Assembly (NCBI RefSeq): GCF_001194135.2
Contig: NC_068981.1
Coordinates: 40,895,342 to 40,959,341, forward strand
Direction: 5' to 3'
DNA length: 64,000 nt
Source: Octopus bimaculoides
Lineage: Eukaryota
Shown one piece after another: positions 1 through 12,041 of the stretch (positions are counted from its first letter, which is position 1; every line of letters starts with the position of its first letter). The notes below the pieces were generated by a model, which was given only the letters and a program-made list of their open reading frames with translations, was not told the origin of the DNA and did no database searches. The translations under genes and the position numbers were made by a program.

Positions 1-164
1 GTTGTGAACTTTTAATATTATTTTATTTTATAAGATATATTTGTATTGTTTGTTGGATCTTAACGTCTGGTTATATTTATTAGATTTTATGTCTCATCTT
101 GTTATTATTGAATCCATACTACTGTCTTCTTAACGGAATATACACATTGCTTAATAATATTTTC

Positions 165-300
165 TATTAGGCACAACGTCTGAAATTTGGGACAGGGACC
201 TAGTTGATTATATCGACTCCGAAAAGTCAAAGTCGACCTCGGTGGAATTTGAACTCAAAACATGAAATGACGCTCGGCATTTTGCCCAGCGTTCAAAGTA
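165..300 (-). mobile_element. tRNA-derived SINE fragment (family of the copy at 37920-38140)
   Basis: The reverse complement aligns to the 37940-38110 copy (gcaaaatgc...gagttcaaattcc...gactttg...gatataatcaact). Confidence 0.65.
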
Positions 301-429
301 CTTTTATTATTATCACCATCAATTCATCCGCATGTTCTTACGTGCTGAGAGGAACCCTTCTTCATGAGTCTGTTTTCTATGATCTTCTACACCTTCCACG
401 TTCGAACTTAAAGCACTTTCTTAACTAAG

Positions 430-860
430 AGTCTACTTGAAAGCTGCCTCTTCTGCATACATCTGTGGAGCCACTTTCTCTTTTCCCTGGCCTTTAACCT
501 TACACTAAAGTTGACAGCTAATTAAATGGATAGGCTCAACTAATGTCTCTCAAGTTTCTACATTTCTAGTATGCTTGGAACTTTTACTGCAGCTCTTTGA
601 TATGTTCTGCAATGAGAACAGATCGTCAGCTTTGAAAATGTCCAAGGACATTCAATGCTGAACTTCCTTATTATATCTTCAAGAATTATAATGAATAGCA
701 TTGGATCGAACAGAGGTTTAGGTAACATCTTGACCGAATTTGTTAATAATGTCTCGGCCTTGCCTCCATTCCTTTCCTTCATTGCCTTTATAACCATGTT
801 TCAAATAACCTCCGTAACTGACTCCGCTGCTTATTACAAGTCTTCATGGCAATATTTCTT
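430..860 (-). mobile_element. Degenerate RTE-type LINE reverse transcriptase fragment
   Basis: PMLFIIILEDIIRKFSIECPW aligns with PLLFIIVLQAITEEFKTGCPW(ELLYADD) of the RTE copy at about 43940-44030. Confidence 0.7.
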
Positions 861-1769
861 AGGACATACACTGCTTACATGTTTCAATTTAAATTTTAAA
901 ATAATCAAGAATTTGGACAAATATTGGTAAAAATTTAATTAACCACATTAATGCTTGGAACCTAACGGAAAAGAAAATGGACGATTTTAATTGAAATATG
1001 AATAGGTTTTTTTTTTATCACATAGGAACCAGAGGTGCCCTTAAAACGGGTCGTTATTAAAAAGATTAACTTAGATTTTACTATCTTGTTCATTTCTTAT
1101 TTAACAACCACTTGAACGTACATATTTATGCCTTTTCTTTTCACTTACACTGAAGGTTCTGTCAGTGTTGTTTCTGACACAGCTTTCCCTTTTTGCTTCC
1201 TTGTTCGTGCAAACTGCGTTTCAGTTTAGAATCGTTTTATATATAGAAATGATATTTGTTAGCTTAAAATATTGACATATACACATTTATCTTTCAAATA
1301 ATAATCTCCCGTTTGCTTCTGTTAATTTTGAGACCGATTTTGCCTGTCATTCATAGAATTAAAATATAGCTGAGAAAAGTAATAAAACTCATTTAGTGTT
1401 GGTATCACATCAAAATATTTGCCTCTTTTTGCTTACAGCATAGAGAACCTTATTGAATCCCTTACTTTCTACTTATTTCTAATAATATAAATTTCTTACT
1501 CTTCCCACTTCGTTTTCAATCTTCCTATGTTTAGCTCATGTAACACCATCCACTCAGCTATGCTAATTTAACATCATGTTGATCTGAGAGTGAAGGCAAT
1601 ATAGTCTTAGCATTAAGAGTTGAATTTGTAATTACAATGACAAATTTGACCAAATGTATGATTCTGAATGATGGCACATGATAAAGGAGGCATGAGTAAA
1701 ATCAATGCTTTCTATAAAGGACACCAGTAGAGAATCTTACACATCTTTTATCTCTGCAAACCTTCAAAT

Positions 1770-1955
1770 GAGGAAAGTGCACGACTGCAATAGTCTGATC
1801 CGAATGTCAGTAGCTCAGATGCATTTAGAATGGACCAGGATAGGGTACCAAAATTAGCACTAAGATTAACATCACTTAGGAAATAAACACTTGGACTGCC
1901 AAAGGACACTTGGTACAGAATAGGTGAAAGCAAGCTGGGAAGAAATGGATCTTAC
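1770..1955 (+). mobile_element. Degenerate RTE-like LINE C-terminal fragment
   Basis: Frameshifted reading RMDQDRVPKLAL...GLPKDTWYR resembles the RW.GHVLRM...RPK.TW terminus of RTE ORFs. Confidence 0.45.
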
Positions 1956-2063
1956 ATGAAATATTCCAATTAATGTTATAGATTTAGAATACCCTTTTTT
2001 TGAACACAATTTTTCTAGAATCAAGACCTAAGAGCCTCTTTGCAGTTGTTCAACCTGCTAGAA

Positions 2064-2344
2064 ATCATCATCATCGTTTAACATCCGCTTTCCATACTAG
2101 CATGGGTTGGACAATTTGACTGAGGACTGACAAGCCAGAAGGCTGCACCAGGCTCCAATCTGATCTGGCAGAGTTTCTACAGCTGGATGCCCTTCCTAAT
2201 GCCAACCACTCCAAGAGTGTAGTAGGTGCTTTTACGTGCCACCAGCACGAGGGCCAGTCACACGGTACTGGCAACGGCCACGCTCAAAAAAGTGTTTTTT
2301 ATGTGCCACCTGCACAGGAGCCAGTCCAGCGGCACTGAGGAGCC
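2064..2344 (-). mobile_element. 5'-truncated RTE 3'-tail fragment (SINE-like)
   Basis: (CAT)n-cgtttaac...ggatgcccttcctaatgccaaccact...gtgcttttacgtgccacc, the same family as the 3' UTR of the RTE copies at 44560-44960 and 55873-56440. Confidence 0.88.
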
Positions 2345-4719
2345 AAATTTCTTTTAATCCACACCCTTTCATTTCAAAAGGAGCAGAACACCTGGGATAA
2401 TGTGGTCCTGCATACAGTTTGTGTTGATCCAAGACTAAATAACAAGCAGCCAGATAGCTTATGATTTCAAAATTAAGAATGTACAAAATAGAAAAGAATT
2501 GCTGCAAGAGTGGAATCATCAGAGGAAGAGGATTGATATGGAAGTGAACACTGTTTACATTCTATAGGCAAAAGAGAAGTGGTTGTACCAAAATGTGTGC
2601 AGTATCTTTATGAAGAAAATGATGTAAGACAGCCAACTGGTAGCCAGGGATAACACTTATCCTTTAAATATTGTGTTGCCAGTCTAATGTTCTTGAGTAC
2701 TTATGTTATTACTGCATTCCTTTAGTATTTTTACTGTTATTCCCTTCATCCAGATCCTCTGAAGTCATTGTTTTTGGTAGAAATAAAACCTTTTCCAATA
2801 AAGAGAAGTGTTTTAATTTCCATTTTGCTGTAACAACTCTCAAAAGGGCTTAATCCACCTGACTATGAATATCTACCAAGTTCAAATGCTTTTGGAGGAG
2901 AAAAAAACTGAATTTCAGAAGTCAATGGGAAACCATCTGTTTTATGTGTTCAGAAACCATGTGGCTTTATAGTTCTGTCCATCCATTTGTATATTTGCAT
3001 GGTCAGAAATATTTTTGTTTTTATTATACTCTAGTCTGACCATCTCTCTGGTTTGTTATATTCATCTGACTACTAACTGGCTGCCTTGTGCCTTTCCCTT
3101 CATACAAATATAAATACTATAGTAAGGCATCACCTAAGATCCAACATTAAATTCCAGCTTTCAGTACATACTTTGGGAACATGCAATATATTTGCATTGC
3201 ATATATGTCTGAAGAAGATATAATCATTGGTAAACAATTGAGAAAATTTTACAGCTTATAGTTCTTTGAGATTGTTAATTTCATCAAAACTTGATTAATA
3301 TAGGAATAAATATGGGCAATATGTAATTCAGGAAACTCATATGCACAGAAAATAAAAGATTACACAGATGGATTGGTGAAACTGCCAGACAGATGGGCAA
3401 GATGCCAAGTTGTATCGACTCATCAACCTTTCTCTTATATAAGCATCAAGAATGTATGTAGAGAGGGAAGATTTGTACACATGGTCAACTTTGACTGATG
3501 GAAACCCTATTAACAGGTGAACATAGTGTTATACATTGAGAAATCAATCAAGGAAGTATAATTATTACATGTGAAGAATTTTTATAGGTTTATCTTTGGT
3601 CTTAAAACACTTGAAACAAAAGTTTGACTTCAATTAGAATTCTATTAACCCTTTGTCTGTCCAAAGCATTTTCATAAGTTTGTTCAAAACATCCATGCTT
3701 GTTTTCAGACTTTTAGTTAGCCTTTGTTTCATACATTTTGAATAATATAAAATTTTTCCTTTTATAAGTCCCAAGTTACTCGGATAGTTGAAAAAAGTTT
3801 CATTTGCAATGGATATCTTACTTTTGTATTTAAAATCATTCTGACATTTAATATAAGGTCAGATAAATTTATGAGTATCGTCATCATATCATCATATATC
3901 CATTTTTCATGCTGATATCTGTTGGCTGGGATGTCACAATCACAAACATTTCATTTTGGGAAAATACTGTTCTCATAGACTGGTACTCATACCTGGCAGT
4001 TTGGTTTGGTTTGGTTTCAATGGCTGGATGCTATTGCCTATTATCAACCAGTTTACAGAGTGTACTTGGGTCCATTTTCTTATGGTACCAGAAGTGATAA
4101 ATCATCAAATACACAGGACTAAAAGAACCTCACAACTCTGTGCTTTCTCATTTGCTTCTTTGCCACCTAAAGTGCATACAGGATGAGTTTTTCATGGTAG
4201 GAATGTTGTCAAATTCTCAGTAAAACAAGATTAAAATATATATGATGATGACATGTTTGTTTTCATGTTCAGTTATAATAAAAACAACTTTACATTTATC
4301 CGATGGGTTACAATTTCACTATTCTTATACAACAATATCATTGACAATGACTCCGAAAAATGTCTAATGCAAGTACAATGCCCTTGAATTTGTGTGGTGG
4401 GGTTAGCTTAACTTTATCCTGGTACTTGATTGGTACTGATCTCAGAAGGATGAAATATTGTTAGTCTTAACAAGCTTTGAACCAAAAAAAAAAAAAAATG
4501 CCCTAATGTTTTTTCTAATCCACTGCCCTATATATTAGGATTATATTAACAATTTTAATTCAAGTAAATAATCAAGTAAAACTAGTATTTGTTACTTCAT
4601 AGAACATACCAGAGTTAGAACTTGATTTTCATGTCATGGAATGTTTGAGATAATTTTTCCCTACAGTCACATATGCACATATATACTATTTATAAAGATA
4701 TATTATATATATGTAAATA

Positions 4720-4880
4720 GGAGTGGCTGTGTGGTAAGAAGTTTGCTTCCCAAACCATGGTTCCAGGTTGAGTCCCACTGTGTGACTCCTTGAACAAATG
4801 TCTTCTATAGCCCTAGGCCAACCAAAGCATTGTGAGTGGAATTGGTACACAGAAACTGAAAGCAGTCCAGTGTGTGTATA
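4720..4880 (+). mobile_element. tRNA-derived SINE, 5' part
   Basis: A-box-like tggctgtgtggtaag and B-box-like ggttgagtccc, then the shared ttgaacaaatgtcttctatagcc core and a (GT)n-like tract. Homologous to 46285-46660 and 50140-50380. Confidence 0.8.
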
Positions 4881-5068
4881 CACACAAGTGAGTGAACAAA
4901 TGAAAGAAGGGCACTCAACACATTTATTGGGAGATGTATGGATCAAAACAGTTTGATTCAAATTCCATGCTACTTAAAGTTTCAAAGCTGGATAAGCTTC
5001 ACGAGCTTTGAAACTTTAAGTATTACAGAATTTGAATCAAACTGTTTTGAGCCATATATGTATGTATG

Positions 5069-5069
<1 letters not shown>

Positions 5070-5113
<44 letters not shown>
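5070..5113. repeat. (TA)n microsatellite
   Basis: Direct reading. Confidence 0.95.
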
Positions 5114-5117
<4 letters not shown>

Positions 5118-5120
5118 CTG

Positions 5121-6640
5121 TAACAAAAATAGTATTGACAGTGACTTTGAAGTTTTGGCCAGACTGTTATGCAGTTGAGTTAATCTTCACTTTATATAGC
5201 CAGGTAGGTAAAATTCTATTGAATGGTAATTAGGTTGTGATGGAGAGTTGTTATAGAGAAATTTTTTCTCCATTCAATTTAGGGCTATCTTATTATTCAG
5301 AATTTATTTATGCATGCGGAACATTGTAAACAGATTCGTAGGTGTGTCAGCTCCAGGTCATGGGATTGTTTTTGGGGGGTTTCACAAAAGAATGTAGGTA
5401 GTTAAAAGGTGTCTTTTGATTAGTGGATGTATCACTAGTTATTACCATTGTTGGTTATTATTCTATTTAATCCTTTGCTTTGAGAATTTACTTTTTTGTA
5501 TTGGGATTTTCAAGGGTTTGGTGAACAGGTCATCTTCAAAGGATTGTAACAATGAGTTGGGTGATGGACATTTGATCTTCTTAATTCATAGTTGTTGGTG
5601 AGCTGTTCTTCCATTCCATCTTCTTCCTTGTGATAAATTTTCTATTGGAGTCTTTTGATGAAACTTTGTTCTTTGTCATAGTGTTTTCAGCTAATCCTTT
5701 TTGCTTGATATTGGTATGTTTTTCATAGACAAGTGTTTTGGGTGTTGCTGCACCTTTTCCTGTTTTTCAGTTGTTACAAAAACACTCACATCAGAACAGA
5801 GTTATTATATTAATGCTTGTGTTTATATTCAGTTATAGTAAAAACAATTTTACATTAATCTGAAGGATTAGAGTAAAATATTTATTATTATATTTCAGGA
5901 TGGTTATTTTTTATTTTATTCTTTTACTTGTTTCAGTCATCTGACCGCAGCCATGCTGGAGCATCACCTAAAGTTTTATTTATTTAATTTTTTTGCCAAA
6001 TAAACACAGGCACTATATATTCATTTTTCACTTCAGATTTATTATCATTCTTATTTTTATGTCCTTTGTCTGGAAATCTTTCATCACACATCCTGTAACC
6101 TCTTCAGTGACTCTCCATCCCATGTGTCTCCTCTTGTCCTGTTTAGTCCATTCTGTCTTTCTATGGTGTGTATCCTTATCTACAAATGCTTTTGCGTCTG
6201 TATCTATGTATGTGTGTGCATATGTGTACTCATGTCTGTATTTTGTGTGTGTGTGGGTGTGTTTATTATACTGTTTGTATCTGTGTCCTTTATGTAGTTG
6301 TTTTTTCATTTATTTACTTATATATCAATTTTTTTTCCCATTTCATCTTAGGTTTGTGTGTCTTTTGTGCTTGTGTGTATATATGGGTTTATGTATTATG
6401 CTATTGGCATCTGTCTTTTTTTTTCCTCTCATTCTGTCTTTAGTCGTCATGTTGCCTGGTGTGGTGAAGGTAGGTGCTATTGTTCCATTAGTGTTTTCAG
6501 CTGATGCTTGATCTATCTATTACTATGTGTGGTCTCTATAATGTCTAAATGTTGTGTCTCTATTCTTTAACAAGAATAGTATTGTCAGTGGCTTTGAAGT
6601 TTCAGGCAGCTAAGCCATCATCAGACTATGATGCATTTGA
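5121..6640 (-). mobile_element. Penelope-like element remnant with repeated terminal segments and degenerate hammerhead motifs
   Basis: 35-nt direct repeat at 5121-5155 and 6568-6602 (3 mismatches). Each copy carries a CTGA(T/A)GA...GAAAC-type core on the minus strand. An ORF remnant KCPSPNSLLQSFEDDL (5526-5573, minus) recalls Penelope-like ORF N-termini; this is from memory and was not searched. Confidence 0.6.
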
Positions 6641-7120
6641 TTTAATACTTCTCTTTGGTGAGTCACTATTGTTTTTTCTTCTATTGTTTGCTTCCCATTG
6701 CATCCCCTACTCTAGTCTTGAGCCGACCAAATCCTTATGAGTGAATTAGTTGGTGAAAACTAAAGTCCATCCCTTTTGTTAATTCTTTGGAGATAATTCA
6801 TACCGAGTTTTCTCTGGCCAGTTTGTCTTAAGTTGGTTTTATTGTACTTTGTGTGAAATTTCTTTCCACGACTATGGCTGTAATAACAGTATCATTCTGT
6901 CCACTCTCTGTATTTCTCCCTCTGTCTACACTCAGTGAATAACTATTTATTATTATCTTGTAACTAACATCTAGCAGCTGCTCCTAATGTTATTTAGGCT
7001 CCAAGTCAACTCTGACCAAATAGACATTTATGATCAAGGATATTCTAACTATGCTCATCCAGTTTCTTTTACAAATATAGTTTATCTCAGACTAGATTAT
7101 TCAATATGTCCTTTTTTCCT

Positions 7121-7453
7121 TCCCTGGCACTTGTGCCAGTGGCATGTGAAAAGACATTCGAGCGAGATCGTTGCCAATGCCGATGGACTGGCTCCTGTGC
7201 AGGTGGCACGTAAAACGCACCATTTCGAGCGTGGCCGTCGCCAGTTCTGCCTGACTGGCCCTTGTGCCGGTGGCACATAAAACACCCACTACACTCTCGG
7301 AGTGGTTGGCGTTAGGAAGGGCATCCAGCTGTAGAAACTCTGCCAAATCAGATTGGAGCCTGGTGTCGCCTCCTGGTCCACCAGTCCTCAGTCAAATCGT
7401 CCAATCCATGCTAGCATGGAAAGCGGACGTTAAACGACGATGATGATGATGAT
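7121..7453 (+). mobile_element. 5'-truncated RTE 3'-tail fragment with about 3 hairpin units
   Basis: Ends in ggaaagcggacgttaaacga(tga)n, like the other copies. Confidence 0.9.
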
Positions 7454-8159
7454 GGTAGTGTAATTTGAGAGAATATAACAGTTCCTTCTCGTATGTTAAA
7501 CAGCTTCATAGATGCTCTCTTATTGGTTCATTGTCTTTTGCTTTGAAGTTAAGTATCCATTTCAGCTAGAGACTATTTAACTTGCTTGTATCTAGACCAG
7601 ACCTCATTTATGCACTTTCTATCAAAGTAAAGCCAATGTATGTCTACTTTGGAGTAATGAACTTTTTGCATTATGGTTAACTCCTTTTTTATTCTATCAA
7701 ATTGTTGAATCTTACTCAATTTTTAGCTGTTTTTTATTGAACTGTACAATTAGAGTAGCAGTTGTATTGATAGCTATGAACTTGCTCTTTGCATTAAACT
7801 TAGTGCCTAGAACCTTTTGGATTATCTAATGAAGTTCTTTTCTGATAAGTTTCTACTCCTTGGTGTTCTAATTAGTCCTTCTCCAGTACACCTAGGTGTA
7901 GATAAACACCACAGCATTCAAGTTCCTATATTTCTTGTGATAATTGCTGCCCAGCTTACAAAACTGTAGCTAATGCTCACCAATCATGAGGTGGGATCTT
8001 ACATATTTGCCCACACCAAATGATATCTCTATTTTGTCTCTCAATTTTTTGACTGTTTAATGTTTCTATTTCATTGGCTGTGCTTCATATTTAATGCATG
8101 TCATCCATGTACAGTATGTGGCCAATTCACAGGTTTGTTTTCAATTTCTAATAGATGGT

Positions 8160-8270
8160 ACAGTTGAAATCTAACTTTAAGGAGCTAGGGATAAACAGAA
8201 TAGGTGATAATGAATCCCTTTGGAATAAACCAGTTAATAAATATAACAGTTGTAAAGATTTCAGTGAACA
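8160..8270 (-). mobile_element. Degenerate R4/Dong-like non-LTR reverse transcriptase fragment
   Basis: GLFQRDSLSPILF corresponds to the GIFQGDSLSPLLF RT motif of RLE-type elements. Confidence 0.5.
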
Positions 8271-9879
8271 GACAGTCACTGTTGCAAAATTTTTATCATT
8301 AAAGTCTATGGGGAATTGGTCTAACTCCTTCATTTCTTTGTAATTTACCTTCAAATATTATGGTGTTTCTACAAGAAATCAAAATTTTTAACTAACTACT
8401 TAACAGCATTCAAACATACAGTCAATCCTGCAACCTCATTAATCAAAATACAGTTTTTATGCCAGTGATTTTGGCCAAGTTGGCATCAAGTATTCTGCTA
8501 TTTTGCACCCTTCTCTTTTGACCCATGCTTTATTCATTATATTTAATTTCAAACTTTTTTTTAATTCTGTAAATATGTTTGAAATTTGGTTAGAACATAT
8601 TTGCACAATCATTAGCATTCTTTCTATGACTTACAGATTTTTCAAGATCAGTTATAACTGATTTACACATGTTAGAATGCATTTACAACACCTGCATGTT
8701 GCATTGTTATTCTTTCACATAAGCCACTTGAACTGACTTTCTCAAACTTTTGTTGTGTCTATTATTGTTTTTCTATTTTCTCATTGTGAGGAGCTGTAAG
8801 TAAAATCGGATATACGATTTTAATAGGAGGAAGTCACTATTGCCACAGGGCTTTACAAAAATTAAACAAACATATAAAATAATACAATAGGTTTTTTTGT
8901 TTTGTTTTTGTGAGGAAGGGCCATCAGATATTGACAGGCTCCTCCTTTGGTCTCCAAGCCCAGCTTGTTGTTGGTAAACTTGCAAAGGATCTTTCAATGT
9001 TTGTCAATTTAATACCAATGGCATCCTGGTGATTAGTTGAAGAGCTCAGTGTTTATAATCTCCATATTTCTTTGTCAGTGCTATTTTAGCCATTACTTGG
9101 TTTATATATGTATTCATTCTTTTTTGATTGATTTCATTTTGATATTTCCTTTAATCTTTTCTACCTCTACTTATGTTTTTATAATTTTGTTACTTTCATT
9201 TATGTTATTTTCTCTATGATTCCTTGTCTTTTCTATTTGTTGATTTGTTGTTGTTCATGACTATATGATCCAAGTGTTCTTCATTTCTTTCTAAGACAAC
9301 ATTGTGTCTTAAAATTGCTGGTATCACATAAAAAGTACACTCTGTGAAATGGCTGGTGTTAGGAAAGGCATTCAGTCATAGAAACCATGCCAGAACAGAC
9401 AGTGAAGCTTGGTGCAGTCCTCAGCCTTACCAGCTCTGGTCAAACCCATGCCAGCATTAAAAACCGATGTTAAATAGTAATGATGTTGGTGTGTGAATTT
9501 AAGATTTTGCTGCTATTTCTAGCAGGTCGAGTGACAACACAAAGATTCTGTTTGTTAACTTGTCTTTCATTGTTGAAAATATTCTAAGTCACATTGCATT
9601 AAAGCTGATCTATTTATAGCTTTAACACAGAGGTTTGAGAACTTTTTGACGCTGATATTGTTGGATGTGTTTTATTCTTCTAATCTGAATGTTTCTTTAT
9701 TGAAATTGCTACTTAACATATCCAAACTCAAGTTTGTAAAATTAATTATAAACAAACAACTAATTTTCAACATAATAGAATTAAATTTATTTGAAATGTT
9801 CAATGAGAAAGTTTAATTTAATTTTTTTCTTGTATGCTTTTAACAAGTGATTTGTTCTAAAGTATATGTTGCCAATATT

Positions 9880-10740
9880 AAACAGTCAGCTAACATCATA
9901 GCAAAGTCTGCTGGTGGAGCTCTCTCTGAACTACACTCTATCACCCTTGGTATGCCCCAAGATTCAGTTTTGCAACTCACACTCTTCTTTATATATATCA
10001 ATGACCTATTTGCTATCATCCCCAACAACATAAGGTACTATACTTCATTCCTTCCTAACCGTCTTTCTCTAAACATCATCCAAATGTAAACTAAACAACA
10101 CGCACCAAAATCTGCACTGATTCCATCAGCAGAGACCTTGGAAATATTTTCCAACAATGATTTGCTAATCTTGTCACTTCCGACAGTACAGAGACACAAT
10201 CACTACAACTGTCAGGAAAACAATAATGCCCCACCCATGAAACATGAACAGCACACAGCCAAAATGCTCAAGGTTGCTACTAATGCTAGATTTCTCCATC
10301 TCTAAGAATCTCTCTTAACAAAGGCACATCCTCAACATAACAAAGACTGCATCATAAAGACTAGCTTTCCTCTTCAAAGCCAGAAAAACTCCAATCCCTA
10401 ATAGTTACTAACTCTCTACAAAGCTCAAGTGAAACATGCAATGAAGTACTGTTCCCATATTTGGGACAGTAATGCTGTCTTACATATGGATGATATCTTA
10501 AACCACATCATAAATTAATGTGGTTTGAGATGAAGTTGCTCACCAATATACTCCAGCTTCTTACCCACAGACATGTTGTCTCTTTATACTTTTTCTAACA
10601 TTACTATTGTAGCCTCTACTCCTTGCAGCTGGCTGGTTTCATGCCTCCTCCACTAAAGCACTTTCAACTCATTTGTCTCCTTCTTCTGTTACCCATATTG
10701 TGTCCACCACTACACCTCGAACTTCAACCCTCTGAAATCC
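9880..10740 (+). mobile_element. Degenerate CR1/L2-group LINE RT fragment
   Basis: GMPQDSVLQLTLFFIYINDL (cf. GVPQGSVLGPxLFxIYINDL) and LYKAQVKHAMKYCSHIW (cf. LYKAQVRPxMEYCSHIW). Confidence 0.7.
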
Positions 10741-10772
10741 ACAGACACACTACTGCTGTCACCTTACAACTA

Positions 10773-12020
10773 CTGTAAAAACCCATATAATTTGCGAATC
10801 TGTGTAATTTATGCAGGTGATTTTCAAGATAAATTTTGTTAAAAAAAGCTTCAACTCCAGTAAAATTCACACCCCAAAGTTTTCAGAATTGCTGATATAG
10901 CCAGGGAAAAAAGGTTTTCAATTTAGTTGTATTTAGCAGAAATTCACTTACTTATGATTAGATTTTATTCAATTTTCATTAAATAAAAATAATTTCTATT
11001 TAACGAGTATCACATTGAAAGCTGTTAAATTACAAAGTGTTTGTGTTGTTTATAATAAACTTTATTTTACATTTCTTGCAAGTGATTATGTCCGATCTTT
11101 AGCATACTGCTGTATGTCTTCTCAAATCATGATCACAGGAAAAGTTGTTGATAGGAATTACCAACAAAAACAAAGTTGATAAATATGTACAGGTGTAGCA
11201 AATTAAGTTTAATTACCAATAAACATCAGCTTGGATGACACTTTACTCAACCTATTTTGTAAACAAAATTCTTTTCCACCTATTCTTGTCGGAACCTTTG
11301 ATACGGAATATCAAAATTTTAATCCCTTTCACACTTATAAAATGTCAAGCAAACTTAAAAATTTGTCGTGACTGTTATTGTCAGAACTTATGAATCGTTT
11401 ACTGTGAAGGAAAAATTAAATATGTTGAATATGCATTTGAACATGGCAGTAGAGCTGCTGGAAGGCATTTTAATGTTGATGAAGCTAATGTTCGAAATTA
11501 GCGTAAACAGTACGACAAACTTAAAACTGTGCCTAGTAATAAACAAGCAAAAATAAAAAACATACAATCAAGATTATCCATATCATTACATTTTTTTCAG
11601 TCAGGAATATCCATATTACTATGTATGTCAATGGTGCTCCATTGCGATAGGTAGAAACTCCAAATAGTGTAAAATATGGCCCAGACTGTATTTACCAGCA
11701 TGAATGTCAGACTTCAGAAAGTAGTTAACCATTTAATAGTTTTAGTAAATTTATACAGAAAATCTAAGCATTATACCATCCAGCATAAATAAAAGTCAAC
11801 TTCATTATATTTAAGCTATTATTTTTTTTCTGTAAAAACCTATTCTAATATTAAATGAGTCATCTTCCAGTACGAATGTTTATATTTTGTACGTCTTTTT
11901 CCAACAACAAAAAATTTCAGAAAAAATTCTGTAAACAATCTACTCATGTAATTTATGAAACCCCTAAAGCTTATTTTTATTTTTGCGGAAAAAGTGCACA
12001 AATTACATGGGTTTTTATGG
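10773..12020 (+). mobile_element. Internally deleted pogo/Tc2-type DNA transposon with a Brinker-like DNA-binding domain remnant
   Basis: TIRs TA|CTGTAAAAACCCATATAATTTGCG and, reverse-complemented, TA|CCATAAAAACCCATGTAATTTGTG, with TA on both flanks. At 11385-11515, one frameshift and one stop give YESFTVKEKLxYVEYAFEHGSRAAGRHFNVDEANVRN*RKQ. Confidence 0.82.
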
Positions 12021-12041
12021 TATTCAAGAATAATATTAACC

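Noticed and set aside
1128-1240. Candidate NHE8 exon 1 (hydrophobic, signal-peptide-like reading)
   Set aside because: The hydrophobic frame has no in-frame ATG after the stop at 1102-1104, and the ATG frame ends in TAG with no convincing phase-2 donor.
4720-4790. tRNA gene (also at 37920 and 46290)
   Set aside because: Only A/B-box-like remnants; no cloverleaf can be formed, and each continues into SINE body sequence.
5993-6511. 172-aa ORF and overlapping ORFs
   Set aside because: Translation of GT/AT-rich simple sequence (Cys/Val/Tyr/Leu-biased) with no domain or splice support.
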